A stretch of 64,000 bases of DNA, taken from the NCBI GenBank assembly GCA_964016885.1, contig OZ024757.1, forward strand, positions 33,790,001-33,854,000. Direction: 5' to 3'. Each line of letters starts with the position of its first letter. Position 1 is the stretch's first letter. Positions 13,678 to 23,214 of the stretch are shown in pieces. The notes beneath the pieces are model-generated. The model saw only the letters and a list, made by a program, of their open reading frames with translations, made no database searches and was not told where the DNA came from. The stretch comes from Eledone cirrhosa. Its lineage: Eukaryota. The position numbers and the translations under genes were made by a program.

Positions 13678-15194
13678 GTAATATGTATGATGGCTTTACT
13701 GTAGCACCGGCTCAGAGCAGGAGAGTTGAGGCGAAAAAGATATCGAATGCTGAATTTGGTGACAAATACAGTGAAGGAGGCAGAGGATTTGATGCAGGAG
13801 GTTGAGACTGTGTCGATGAGTGTGGGGCTGAGAATGAATGAGACTAAAACAAAATATCTGGTAGAGAATGTTGAGAAGCCAGAGGGGATTACTAATGTAG
13901 GCGGGAAGCCGCTAGAATTGGTTAAGGACTTCCTGTATTTGGGAGCAAAGATTGGGAATACGGAAGATGATGTGGTTGAGAGGAAGAGCAAAGCCTGGGC
14001 GGCGTGCCACAGCTTGAGATCGGTGTGGAAGTCGGACCTTCATAAAGACCTGAAAATCCGCCTCTTCATTGCTGTAGTGGAGTCTGTGTTGCTGTACGGG
14101 TCTGAGACTTGGACACTGACCAAGAAACGCACTCAGATGGTGGATGGGTGCTACACGAGAATGTTGAGGATGGCTCTCTAAACATTAATCAGTATACACT
14201 GAGGATGAAAAACTCAGAGCTGTATGGGAGCCTCCCAAAAGTCAGCTCAAAAGTGACACAGAGGAGACTGAGGTTAGCTGGACATGCTCACCAACATCCA
14301 GAGTTGACATTGCACTCAGTGCTCCTGTGGGAGCCCCTGCCTGGACACACTGGAAGAGGAAGACCAAGGTTAACGTATGTTGGTGCCCTAAGGACAGCCA
14401 CTGGTCTGTTGGAGACGCAGGACATGGCAGCGATAATGAGGGACAGAGACCGCTGAAAAACTGAGCTGATGATCCGTTTGAGGTGAAACAAATTGTGTAT
14501 TGTGTCGGAAATGGTGTATTAACTGTTGTGGAACTACTTTTACCAAACTCAGCCCATGGCCTGGGACTGAGTGCTCTACTACTGCAGATATGACCCACCA
14601 GTGTTCTACCACTATATATATATATATATAGTGGTAGAACACTGGTGGGTCATATCTGCAGTAGTAAAGCACTCAGTCCCAGTCCATATGTATATAGGAA
14701 AAGAGTCAGGACCCCGATGGCTGAGCTCCAGCCGTTTCGACAGGGGTCCTGACTCTTTTCCTATTACCCACTCTACTACCCTAAGTATTGAGTACTCTGG
14801 TGTGTTCACCTGGTATCTTACCATACCCTCTTTGTTATATACATATATATATGTGTGTGCATGTAAAATTACAGTGAGAGAATAAACAGCCAAAATTCTT
14901 TTAAAAATATTTTTTCAAGAATTTTGGTTGTTTATGCTCTCACTATAATTTTTTATATTTATGCTCTGCCTATATACTTGTTGCATGGCTTATATTTCTC
15001 TTGCTTGCTTTCACTGCACGCTTGTCTTGTTATATTATATGTATTATTATTATGTATGTTATATTATATGCATATTATATGTATTGAGCACACTGTCCTC
15101 TTCGCTACTGATTTATAATTCTCTGAAACTAATCTCTAATCTCTTGGTTGGATTGTACACTTACATATGATATATATATACATATATATATACA

Positions 15195-15230
<36 letters not shown>

Positions 15231-15580
15231 TATATATATGGAGGCACATGGCTTAGTGGTTAGAGCATTGGCCTTGCAATCAAAGGGTTGTGAGTTCAAT
15301 TCTCAGACCAGGTGATGTGTTGTTTCCTTGAGCGAGACACTTTATTTCACATTGCTCCAGTTTACTCAGCTGTAGAAATGAGATGATAGGGACTGGGGTC
15401 CCCATCACTCCACTACAAAGTGGTCGTGGAGGTGCCACGGCAAAAAAGCACCCAGCACTCACTGTAAATGAGGTTGGTGTTAGGAAGGGCATCCAGCTGT
15501 AGAAATCAAGCCAGAATCAGTTCCCGTCCCACCCTTGCAAGTAGGGAAAAAGCGGATGTAAAAATGAAATGATGATGATG

Positions 15581-15611
<31 letters not shown>

Positions 15612-16577
15612 CACAAATATATATATATAAAAGAAAACTAGAACTGAATTTTAACTTACTAATTGTAAAGAACTATATCAGGATACCAAACATTTTGGAC
15701 TGGCATACGTATTTGAGCAAGATTGTTGTAATCACTGGGTTTCCACTGGAGTCTTGCATCATCCCAGGTTTTCGTGAGATATCCATGGATTCTAAACTTC
15801 ATGTTATGTTCATCCTATTTTAAAAGATAGAAGAAAAATGAATGAATCATCATCATCATCATCATCATCAAGGTTTAGCGTCCGTGTTCCACGCTTGCAT
15901 GGGTTTGGACGGGGGTTTTCCCACTTGAGGCAAGAGTATATATATATATACAATGTAAATGACAATCAAAGAGTGTTTAAAACATTTAATCACTTACGAT
16001 TGTTTCATCCTAGCACAAGGCCGGAATCATCAGAGTTGATAACAAAGGTCAAACACAAATATAATATCAGAACTTTGTCACAAGAACATTAGGAGATACA
16101 TAATATGGGAGGCTAGATAAGCATAAGCATCAACATCTATATAAGCTAACATTGTACTTTGGCTCCTCTGTAGTATGCTTGTTATTTTACATTGAGCTAT
16201 TTTCATACTTGTAACTAGATAATATTTATTATTACCCACATTATATATATATTTATATAGCTGCAATTATATGAATATATATATAATGGAACCTCGGTTC
16301 ATGGACGCCTCTCATCACGAACAAATCAGTTCACGAACAATTTTTCCGAACATAAAATGTCTCGGTTGACAAAAGGTGTCTTAAGTAACAAACACACAAT
16401 CTAACAACAACGGTTGGCAACAAGCTGGGAGTATTGGTGGGAAAGTGGCTCTTGTTGAGTAGTTAGTTACTGTGCTGATATCTATCTGTCTTTTACACAC
16501 AGTCTCTCTCTTTCACTGTTTCTCTCTCAACAGTTCAGGTGACGAACAACCTTCAAGAACGAATTAAGTCCATAAAT

Positions 16578-16613
<36 letters not shown>

Positions 16614-18863
16614 GTATCATCATCATCATTTAATGTCCATTTTTCCATGCTAGCATGGGTTAATGGGTTAGATGAGTTGTCTTATTGTGAGATGACCCAG
16701 ATCAGATGACCACGTCTTGCTCATACAAAACTGTTTCTGACTTGGTTTCTACAGCTGGATGCCCTTCCTAGCACCAACCACATTTCAGGGTGCTTTTTGT
16801 GGTGACACCTAGATGACCACTGATGGGTTTGGGCTTGATCTACATCAGCATCTCATATGGGAAGTGGGAATTGGCGGTGCAGAGGTTTTTGTTGCCATCT
16901 ATCTCTAAATGTTTTTAGACCTTCTATCTTTGACTTGCTTCTGTGGATTCTTGCTGCTTTAGTTGGAATTAGGTCAGCTTCATTATTTAGGTCTACATCT
17001 TCAGTTTCTTGTTCTTTCCTGTACTTTCGTGCCTCTTTGAGTACTGACTGGAGTTTCTTTTGGTTTTTGTGCTTTCTTAATAACCCCATCATCGAGTCAG
17101 TAGTGCTCTCTTGGAACCTTTCTTATATACATATATATATCATCACCATTTAGCATCTATTCTTCTGTGCTTGAATGGGTTATTCCACGCTGGGAGGCAA
17201 GTCTGGCCAGGGTTGGCCACTTCGCACCTTACTCCAGCGAGGACTGTAAATTTGGCCGGGTATCTTGCAGCTGGATGCACTTCATAAAACGAACCACATT
17301 TACAGTGTGGAACTTGATGGCTCTCTTATGAGGAGAGACAAGCCAGTTGGTTGCACCAAACCCATCTCACAATGGAACCATAGTTTTGGAGCCCGACCCA
17401 ACTCACACCATAACATAGTTTTGGAGCCCGACCCAACTCACACCATAACATAGTTTTGGAGCACGACCCAACTCACACCATAACATAGTTTTGGAGCATG
17501 ACTCAACTCGCACCATAACATAGTTTTGGAGCACGACCCAACTCACACCATAACATAGTTTTGGAGCACGACCCAACTCACACCATAACATAGTTTTGGA
17601 GCACGACCCAACTCACACCATAACATAGTTTTGGAGCACGACCCAACTCCCACCATAACATAGTTTTGGAGCACGACCCAACTCACACCATAACATAGTT
17701 TTGGAGCACGACCCAACTCCCACCATAACATAGTTTTGGAGCACGACCCAACTCACACCATAACATAGTTTTGGAGCCCGACTCAACTCACACCATAACA
17801 TAGTTTTGGAGCCCGACCCAACTCCCACCATAACATAGTTTTGGAGCCCGACTCAACTCACACCATAACATAGTTTTGGAGCCCGACTCAACTCACACCA
17901 TAACATAGTTTTGGAGCACGACCCAACTCACACCATAACATAGTTTTGGAGCCCGACTCAACTCACACCATAACATAGTTTTGGAGCCCGACTCAACTCG
18001 CACCATAACATAGTTTTGGAGCCCAACCCAACTCGCACCATAACATAGTTTTGGAGCACGACCCAACTCACACCATAACATAGTTTTGGAGCCCAACCCA
18101 ACTCGCACCATAACATAGTTTTGGAGCACGACCCAACTCACACCATAACATAGTTTTGGAGCCCAACCCAACTCGCACCATAACATAGTTTTGGAGCACG
18201 ACTCAACTCACACCATAACATAGTTTTGGAGCCCGACCCAACTCACACCATAACATAGTTTTGGAGCCCGACCCAACTCGCACCATAACATAGTTTTGGA
18301 GCACGACCCAACTCACACCATAACATAGTTTTGGAGCACGACCCAACTCACACCATCACATAGTTTTGGAGCACGACCCAACTCACAGCGTAACCATAGT
18401 TTAGGAGCCTGGTACTAGATGGCACCGATATAAGCAGCCTGACTCCTTTCACAGCGTAGCAACAGTTTTGGAGACTGGTACTGGATTAGGAGGGACAGGT
18501 GCAGGGCCACAGTTTGGGAGCCTGGCATTGGATGGCACCACTCTGCGGAAAATCCTTGTTACAGTAAGACATATTTGTTACAGTAAGACATAGTTCACTA
18601 GTGGTTGGTGTTCTTGAATAAATCAGGTGAGTGACAGTGATAAGGAGAAAGAAAAGAAAAAATGTGAAGAGAGAGTGCGAGAGGAGAAGGAATGAGAGTT
18701 TACTTGCTTACCAGATCTACCGTGTGTGGAGAGAACTGCACATTAATGAGAACTGGTCCATTCACTGATGGTCTGATATGGGGGTTGTAGTTATTGAGAA
18801 GATCGTCATAGAGACGGCTTTCTGTTAAAATGCCTGTTAAATTTAGTTTGTCACCTGGCTGTT
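5251..18863 (-). CDS. Spliced gene (7 exons recovered, signal-peptide exon missing): divergent alpha-type nicotinic acetylcholine receptor-like Cys-loop ligand-gated cation channel subunit
   Basis: Exons 18712-18863, 15660-15814, 13306-13573, 11478-11658, 9368-9454, 6841-6959 and 5251-5586 have AG/GT borders and compatible phases (0,2,0,1,1,0). They join into one stop-free frame with [37 protein letters not shown], the Cys-loop [15 protein letters not shown], loop [10 protein letters not shown], four TM helices and [11 protein letters not shown] before M4. Confidence 0.93.
6841..6959 (-). CDS. nAChR-like exon: M3 and MX start ([40 protein letters not shown])
   Basis: tttcag acceptor, gtaagt donor, 119 nt; LN-x-x-x-R-x-P...MP motif after M3. 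Confidence 0.92.
7890..8250 (+). mobile_element. Degenerate RTE LINE 3' fragment
   Basis: Remnant reading ..LRLYGHIKR...[21 protein letters not shown], typical of the RTE ORF C-terminus. Confidence 0.6.
8677..9350. repeat. CAC/CAT-rich compound minisatellite next to the M2 exon donor
   Basis: Unit ~caccaccgtcacaaccatcaccacca repeated, grading into (CAC)n. Confidence 0.9.
9368..9454 (-). CDS. nAChR-like exon: M2 and M2-M3 loop ([29 protein letters not shown])
   Basis: ctcttactcag acceptor, gtaagt donor, 87 nt, phase 1-1. This matches the size of the M2 exon of alpha7-type genes as I recall it; the two M2-M3 loop prolines are conserved. Not in the ORF track in this frame. Confidence 0.9.
9965..10300 (+). 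mobile_element. tRNA-head SINE
   Basis: A box tggcttagtggttaga, B box gagttcgattctc, then the gagcaagaca...tttcacgttg core seen in many copies (related copies at 35660-35930 and 42236-42530). Confidence 0.8.
10319..10423. mobile_element. Tc1/mariner-like mini MITE
   Basis: TA-flanked imperfect TIRs cagagtgtactaaaaaatgtgtgcacactt / aagtgtgtatacatttttgggacaccctg. Confidence 0.55.
10450..10794 (-). mobile_element. tRNA-head SINE with RTE-like 3' tail
   Basis: Reverse copy of the family at 15240-15582 and 62140-62482. Confidence 0.85.
10838..11311. mobile_element. Fold-back MITE with ~200-bp imperfect terminal inverted repeats
   Basis: aataatattcgattcgtttgcaattatgcaaacagcct (left) is the reverse complement of aggctgtttgcataattgcaaacgaatcgaatattatt (right); pairing extends over most of the element. 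Confidence 0.85.
11478..11658 (-). CDS. nAChR-like exon: loop C (YACCAEPY), pre-M1, M1, M1-M2 linker ([10 protein letters not shown])
   Basis: tctcacag acceptor, gtatgt donor, 181 nt; vicinal Cys pair, LRR pre-M1; overlaps ORF 11317..11751. Confidence 0.95.
11700..11890 (+). mobile_element. Second tRNA-head SINE family with (ATT)n tail
   Basis: ggcggtggattggcagtatcggtagag...gagttcaaatccc...aattgctggccttgtgccaaaagta; further copies near 2900, 7360-7860, 8378, 12917(-), 38012(-), 44826, 57245(-), 61428(-). Confidence 0.8.
13306..13573 (-). CDS. nAChR-like exon: loop E, Cys-loop, loop B, loop F
   Basis: tttccag acceptor, gtaagt donor, 268 nt; C-x13-C loop with FPFD; overlaps ORF 13246..13551. 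Confidence 0.95.
13685..14610 (+). mobile_element. 5'-truncated, frameshifted RTE-clade LINE, antisense in an intron
   Basis: ORFs 13726..14181 and 14109..14456: [48 protein letters not shown]. Confidence 0.88.
14697..14832 (+). mobile_element. Penelope-like pseudo-LTR fragment with inverted 5' part
   Basis: ggaaaagagtcaggacccc...ggggtcctgactcttttcc hairpin plus the tattacccactctactacc tail shared with 50041-50230 and 50569-50770; flanked by (TA)n. Confidence 0.6.
15240..15582 (+). mobile_element. tRNA-head SINE with RTE-like 3' tail and (GAT)n end
   Basis: ggaggcacatggcttagtggttagag...gttaggaagggcatccagctgtagaaa...gatgatgat; copies at 20820-21143(-), 28140-28461(-), 53868-54220, 62140-62482. 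Confidence 0.88.
15660..15814 (-). CDS. nAChR-like exon: loops 2/D and A ([51 protein letters not shown])
   Basis: aaatag acceptor, gtaagt donor, 155 nt; W-x-D-x-R-L-x-W and W-x-P-D-I-V-L-Y-N motifs. Confidence 0.93.
15988..16040 (-). ncRNA. Minimal type I hammerhead ribozyme motif (Penelope-type)
   Basis: Minus strand reads AUCAACU-CUGAUGA-U-UCCGGC-CUUGU-GCUAGGA-U-GAA-AC-AAUC-GU-A-AGUGAU: both core boxes, stems I-III and a GUA cleavage triplet. Confidence 0.65.
16850..17120 (-). mobile_element. Non-LTR retrotransposon fragment (R4/Dong-like)
   Basis: ORF 16853..17092 ends in [10 protein letters not shown], resembling the W-x-x-K-x-L-H-G-Q-F/Y motif of RLE-type LINEs. Confidence 0.45.
17379..18393. 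repeat. 35-bp minisatellite, 29 copies
   Basis: Unit catagttttggagc(a/c)cgac(c/t)caactc(a/g/c)caccataa; tagttttgga recurs with exact 35-nt period from 17381 to 18361. Confidence 0.97.
18712..18863 (-). CDS. nAChR-like exon: N-terminal helix and beta1 ([50 protein letters not shown])
   Basis: ttttataacag acceptor and gtaagc donor; matches the E-x-R-L-x-x-D-L-L-x-x-Y-N-x-x-x-R-P nAChR start. Several nearby AGs make the exact 5' edge uncertain. Confidence 0.88.
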
Positions 18864-18950
18864 CTGTTATAAAAGATATAAAATAGAAAAATATTTTACA
18901 GATAGGATAGAAAATACATGTTTGTGTTCATAGATATATTTCTATAATGC

Positions 18951-18984
<34 letters not shown>

Positions 18985-18994
18985 ATATATATAT

Positions 18995-19442
18995 AAGGAC
19001 GATTGTATATAGCCTGTGTGCAAAGTGCGATGCGGCATGGTAGTGAAACATGGGTCGTGACTGCAGAGGACAGGCATAGACTGGAGAGAAATGAAGCAAC
19101 CATGCTTCGTTGGATGTGCAATGTAAGTGCAAGAGAGAGAAAGGCAGAGCTTGGATGAGTTGAAAGAGAAGCTGGGTTTAAGAGGAAATCGAGGTAGTGT
19201 GCAGGAGAGAAGACTGCATTGGGTGAAGAAATGCCAGGGAATGCCAGTGGAAGGAAGCTGCAATAGAGGTAGACCAAGAAAGACACAGGCAGATGTTGTG
19301 AGACCTGATCTCAAATCACTGTGACTCACAGAGGCGATGATAAAGGATTGTGACGTGTGGAGAAATGTCATGCTAAGAAGGACCTGTCCAACCCATGCAA
19401 GCATGGCAAAGCAGACATAAAAATGATGATGTTGATGATGAT
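18995..19442 (+). mobile_element. RTE LINE 3' fragment
   Basis: GRLYIACVQSAMRHGSETW...GRPRKT; ends acccatgcaagcatgg...(GAT)n. Confidence 0.8.
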
Positions 19443-19702
19443 AAGTGCTTGTATGTGTGTATTAATGTGTTCAAATACCGCCAAGGTTGACTTTGCCTTT
19501 CATCCTTATGGGGTCAATAAAATAAAATACCAGTAATGCACTGAGGTAATTGCTGGCCTTGTGCCAAAAGTAGAAACAATTAATTTATTACTCAACTGAA
19601 ACTTAGTATTTAGGCACCAAGAAATGTAAGCCACAGAACTAGAATTAAATCTATCATATACAAATGTAATTATATATATATATCTGTGTGTATGTATATA
19701 TA

Positions 19703-19767
<65 letters not shown>

Positions 19768-19895
19768 ATATATATACACACACACATGTATGTGTATATA
19801 TGTATGTATGTATATCTATGTATGTGTATATATATATATATACACACAGGTATATATATATGTGTATATATATATATGCACACACACACACACAC

Positions 19896-19933
<38 letters not shown>

Positions 19934-20232
19934 ATGTGTGTATGTATGTATACATACACATACATGTATGTGTGTGTGTAACTTGCATATATCATTATTT
20001 ATTAATATTGTTATAAATGTTTTTTATTTGTTTTATCATCTTTATTGTTGTCTTCATTGATTAATGGAAGACCAGTTAAGTGTTGAGACATGAAGTCTTC
20101 TGAGATTTTGGTGGATACTAAATCGATTGCTTATTAGTCTTTTTGTTTCATTTGTAAAACACAACATGCACGCAGGGATATTTTGGGGCGCTATATTGGC
20201 ATACAGCGTTTCTAGGGCATTTTTTTAACCTC

Positions 20233-20535
20233 TTAACCCTTTAGCATTTACATTACTTTATATATACTATTATGTTTTCATGGTAAAGGCTTTACCTCAT
20301 GTAATTATCTCACATAATATGGAATCTATGAGATTTTGATATTATTTATTTTGATAAACTAAAGTACCAGTAATACACTGGGTAATTGCTGGCCTTGTGC
20401 CAAAAGTAGAAACAATTATTTATTTTGAGAACAATACCTTAAAGTTGGTATGAGGGACCAGTTGTAGCCGGTTTGAACAGAAAGAGTTGAGATAATTCTG
20501 GCCGGCTACGACCGGTTTAAATGCTAAAGGGTTAA
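20233..20535. mobile_element. piggyBac-like TTAA MITE family
   Basis: ttaa-ccctttagcattta...taaatgctaaaggg-ttaa TIRs; other copies at 12262, 26631, 32590, 37098-37315, 41305-41810, 42008-42235, 57938. Confidence 0.8.
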
Positions 20536-21167
20536 ATACGATGGACAAGATAACTTAACATGTTTGAACTCTTTTCCAACAGTTCATAACTTCAAAGCTA
20601 GATGGGGTTACTAGTTTATTAATGTGACATTTGTCAATCATTCAGATATGTGTTATTATTAATAACACATATCTGAATGATACCAACACCACACCACCAC
20701 CACTCCACCACACCACCACCACTCCACTACAACACTCCACCACACCAACATCACCCTACTACAAAACTACACCCCTATGTATATATATATATACATGTGT
20801 ATATATATATATTTTTCTATTTTTACGTCCAATTTTCCCTGCTTGCAAGGGTGGGACGGGAACTGATTCTGGCTTGATTTCTACAGCTGGATGCCCTTCC
20901 TAACACCAACCTCATTTACAGTGAGTGCTGGGTGCTTTTTTTGACGTGGCACCTCCACAAGCACTTTGCAGTGGAATGATAGGGACCCCAGTCCTATCAT
21001 CTCATTTCTACAGCTGAGTAAACTGGAGCAATGTGAAATAAAGTGTCTTGCTCAAGGAAACAACACATCACCCGGTCTGTGAATTGAACTCACAACCTTT
21101 CGATTGCAAGGCCAATGCTCTAACCACTAAGCCATGTGCCTCCATATATATATATATATCATCATCA

Positions 21168-23178
21168 TCATCAACGTTTAACGTCCGTGTTCCACGCTTG
21201 CATGGGTTTGGACGGGGGTATTCCCACTTGAGGCAAGAGTGATTGTCTTGCTCGCATAGGACTGTCTGGCAGGTTTTCTACAGTTGGATGCCCTTCCTAA
21301 CACCAACCACATTTACAGTGTGGGACTGGGAGGTTTTTACCGTGTTGCCTACACGGCCACATTACAGCGTGGACTGTGTTTTTTTTGTCGTGACACCTAC
21401 ACGATCTCATTTGTTTCGGCCTGGATGTTGTGGCACCAACATAACTTTACATAGGAGGGGGTGCTGTGGATGGGGGTGTGGGTGGTGGGACGGGGGTGTA
21501 TTTTGTTAGAGATGCCTACTGGCTGTAGTAGGTTTTACTATGTATTTAGGTAAGGCGGGTCTTCTCTATTACTGAGTACCGCCAAAGGTCTCGGTCCAGT
21601 GACATTGTCTTGGAGAGGTGTAAGTGTGTGAGGTCGGAGTTTATCAGCTCATCCCAGGATTTTCTAGGTCTGCCTATTCCGTGGCTACCGTCTATCTTTA
21701 TTGCCCTGCACTTTGTTATACAGCTATCGACTTTCATGCGCATCACGTGTCTGTACCAACGTAGCCTTCTCTCGAGTAAACATCTGATCCCTCTTATTTC
21801 TAATTTTTTCCTTAGTTCGTTTATGCTTTGCCGTTCACGTATATTACTATTACACATCCAGCGGAGCATGCAAGCTTCGTTCCTCTCTAGTCTGCGTATA
21901 TCCTCTGCGCACAATGCCCAGGTCTCACTGCCATGCAACATTGCTGTTCGTATGCAGGCATCATACAACCTGCCTTTCATTTTTAGGGAGAACCCTTTAG
22001 CGGCTAATAGTGGTATAAGCTCTCTGAACTTTTTCCATCCAGTTCTGACTCTAGCTACTGTACTTTCGGAGCACCCTCCCCCACTGCTGATTTTGTCACC
22101 CAGGTAACAGAAGCTGTCCACTATTTCTATAGAGCCCTCTGCGCAATTGAAAGAGTTAGTATTTTGTGGGCACTCGCTGCTACTTATTGCACCAGAGCAC
22201 CGCCCACATGTAAAATCAAAGTTCTTAGTTAGCTTACCTGTGATCCCACTATATCTTTTATGCACCCATACTTTGCATTTGGGACATAAAATGGAGTTTC
22301 TACCTACGCCTTTCCTACACACTGAGCATGGCCATTTCCCGGAAGGGACCGCCGCCTTATTTTCTTTCCTACAAACTAGAACTTTAGTCTTAGCCAGGTT
22401 AATTTTAAGGCCTTTTGATTCTAGGCCGTGCTTCCATGTTTGGAATTTCTTCTCTAGCTCGGCCATTGATTCAGCTATGAGTGTCAGGTCGTCTGCGTAT
22501 AGGAGTTCCCATGGGCAGCCGGTCTTGAACTCCTCTGTTATAGCCTGAAGGGCAATAATAAATAGTAGGGGGCTGAGAACAGAGCCCTGATAGACGCCAA
22601 CTTTTACGCTAAACTCTTCACTATATTCGTTGTTAATTCTAACCTTGCTGACTGTTTCTTTATACATGGCTTGTATAGCTCTCACAAGCCATTCGTCGAC
22701 ACCTAGTTTTCTAAGGGCCCACCAGATAATGGAACGGGGGACTCTGTCGAAGGCTTTCTCCAAGTCGACAAAAGCTAAGTAGAGGGGTTTACCTTTAGCT
22801 AGGTACTTCTCCTGTAGTTGACGTACAATGAAAAGAGCGTCTGTGGTACTTTTGCCTGACACAAACCCGAACTTCATTTCATCTAGGTCAATTCTCTCTC
22901 TGATTAGTTGCGCTATTACTTTTTCCGTGACCTTCATGACCTGGTCGATTAGTTTAATGCCTCTATAGTTACTCCTATCTAGGGCATCTCCTTTACCCTT
23001 ATAACAGTTAACGATGATGCTGCTATGCCAGTCCTTCGGAACAACCCCATTCTGTACGACTTGGTTAACTATCCGGGTGACCAAGGTGTGTCCCACCGAG
23101 CCAGATGCCTTCAGCATCTCAGCAACTATTTCCGAAGGCCCAGCCGCCTTACCCGTCTTCATATCCTTGATTGCCTAT
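21168..23178 (-). mobile_element. 5'-truncated RTE-clade LINE with long open RT frame
   Basis: ORF 21546..23162 (538 aa): KAAGPS, NYRGIKL, FVDLEKAFD, GVYQGSVLSP, LLYADD, FCYLG, Cys-rich PHD-like insert; 3' UTR and (GAT)n tail at ~21170. Confidence 0.95.
21546..23162 (-). CDS. RTE retrotransposon reverse transcriptase, partial (no endonuclease domain)
   Basis: YADD catalytic motif and RT domains; the frame starts at the truncation point. Confidence 0.85.
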   Translation of the reverse strand: MKTGKAAGPSEIVAEMLKASGSVGHTLVTRIVNQVVQNGVVPKDWHSSIIVNCYKGKGDALDRSNYRGIKLIDQVMKVTEKVIAQLIRERIDLDEMKFGFVSGKSTTDALFIVRQLQEKYLAKGKPLYLAFVDLEKAFDRVPRSIIWWALRKLGVDEWLVRAIQAMYKETVSKVRINNEYSEEFSVKVGVYQGSVLSPLLFIIALQAITEEFKTGCPWELLYADDLTLIAESMAELEKKFQTWKHGLESKGLKINLAKTKVLVCRKENKAAVPSGKWPCSVCRKGVGRNSILCPKCKVWVHKRYSGITGKLTKNFDFTCGRCSGAISSSECPQNTNSFNCAEGSIEIVDSFCYLGDKISSGGGCSESTVARVRTGWKKFRELIPLLAAKGFSLKMKGRLYDACIRTAMLHGSETWALCAEDIRRLERNEACMLRWMCNSNIRERQSINELRKKLEIRGIRCLLERRLRWYRHVMRMKVDSCITKCRAIKIDGSHGIGRPRKSWDELINSDLTHLHLSKTMSLDRDLWRYSVIEKTRLT

Positions 23179-23214
23179 ATATACATATACATATACATAT
23201 ACATACATGTGTAT

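Noticed and set aside
15240-15312. tRNA genes at SINE heads (also ~9965, 35660, 53868, 62140)
   Set aside because: A/B boxes run straight into SINE body and tail; no intact acceptor stem is evident.
15998-16042. Possible 45-nt receptor exon with a gtaagt donor
   Set aside because: All frames contain stops, the 155-nt exon already covers that protein segment, and the sequence is explained as a hammerhead motif.
17379-18393. CRISPR array
   Set aside because: The 35-bp units are head-to-tail with no unique spacers, there are no cas genes, and the context is a eukaryotic intron.
5251-18863. Calling the gene a cephalopod chemotactile receptor or a named CHRNA orthologue
   Set aside because: It is intron-rich and keeps loop C YxCCxxxY, unlike described chemotactile receptors; orthology cannot be assigned without a tree.
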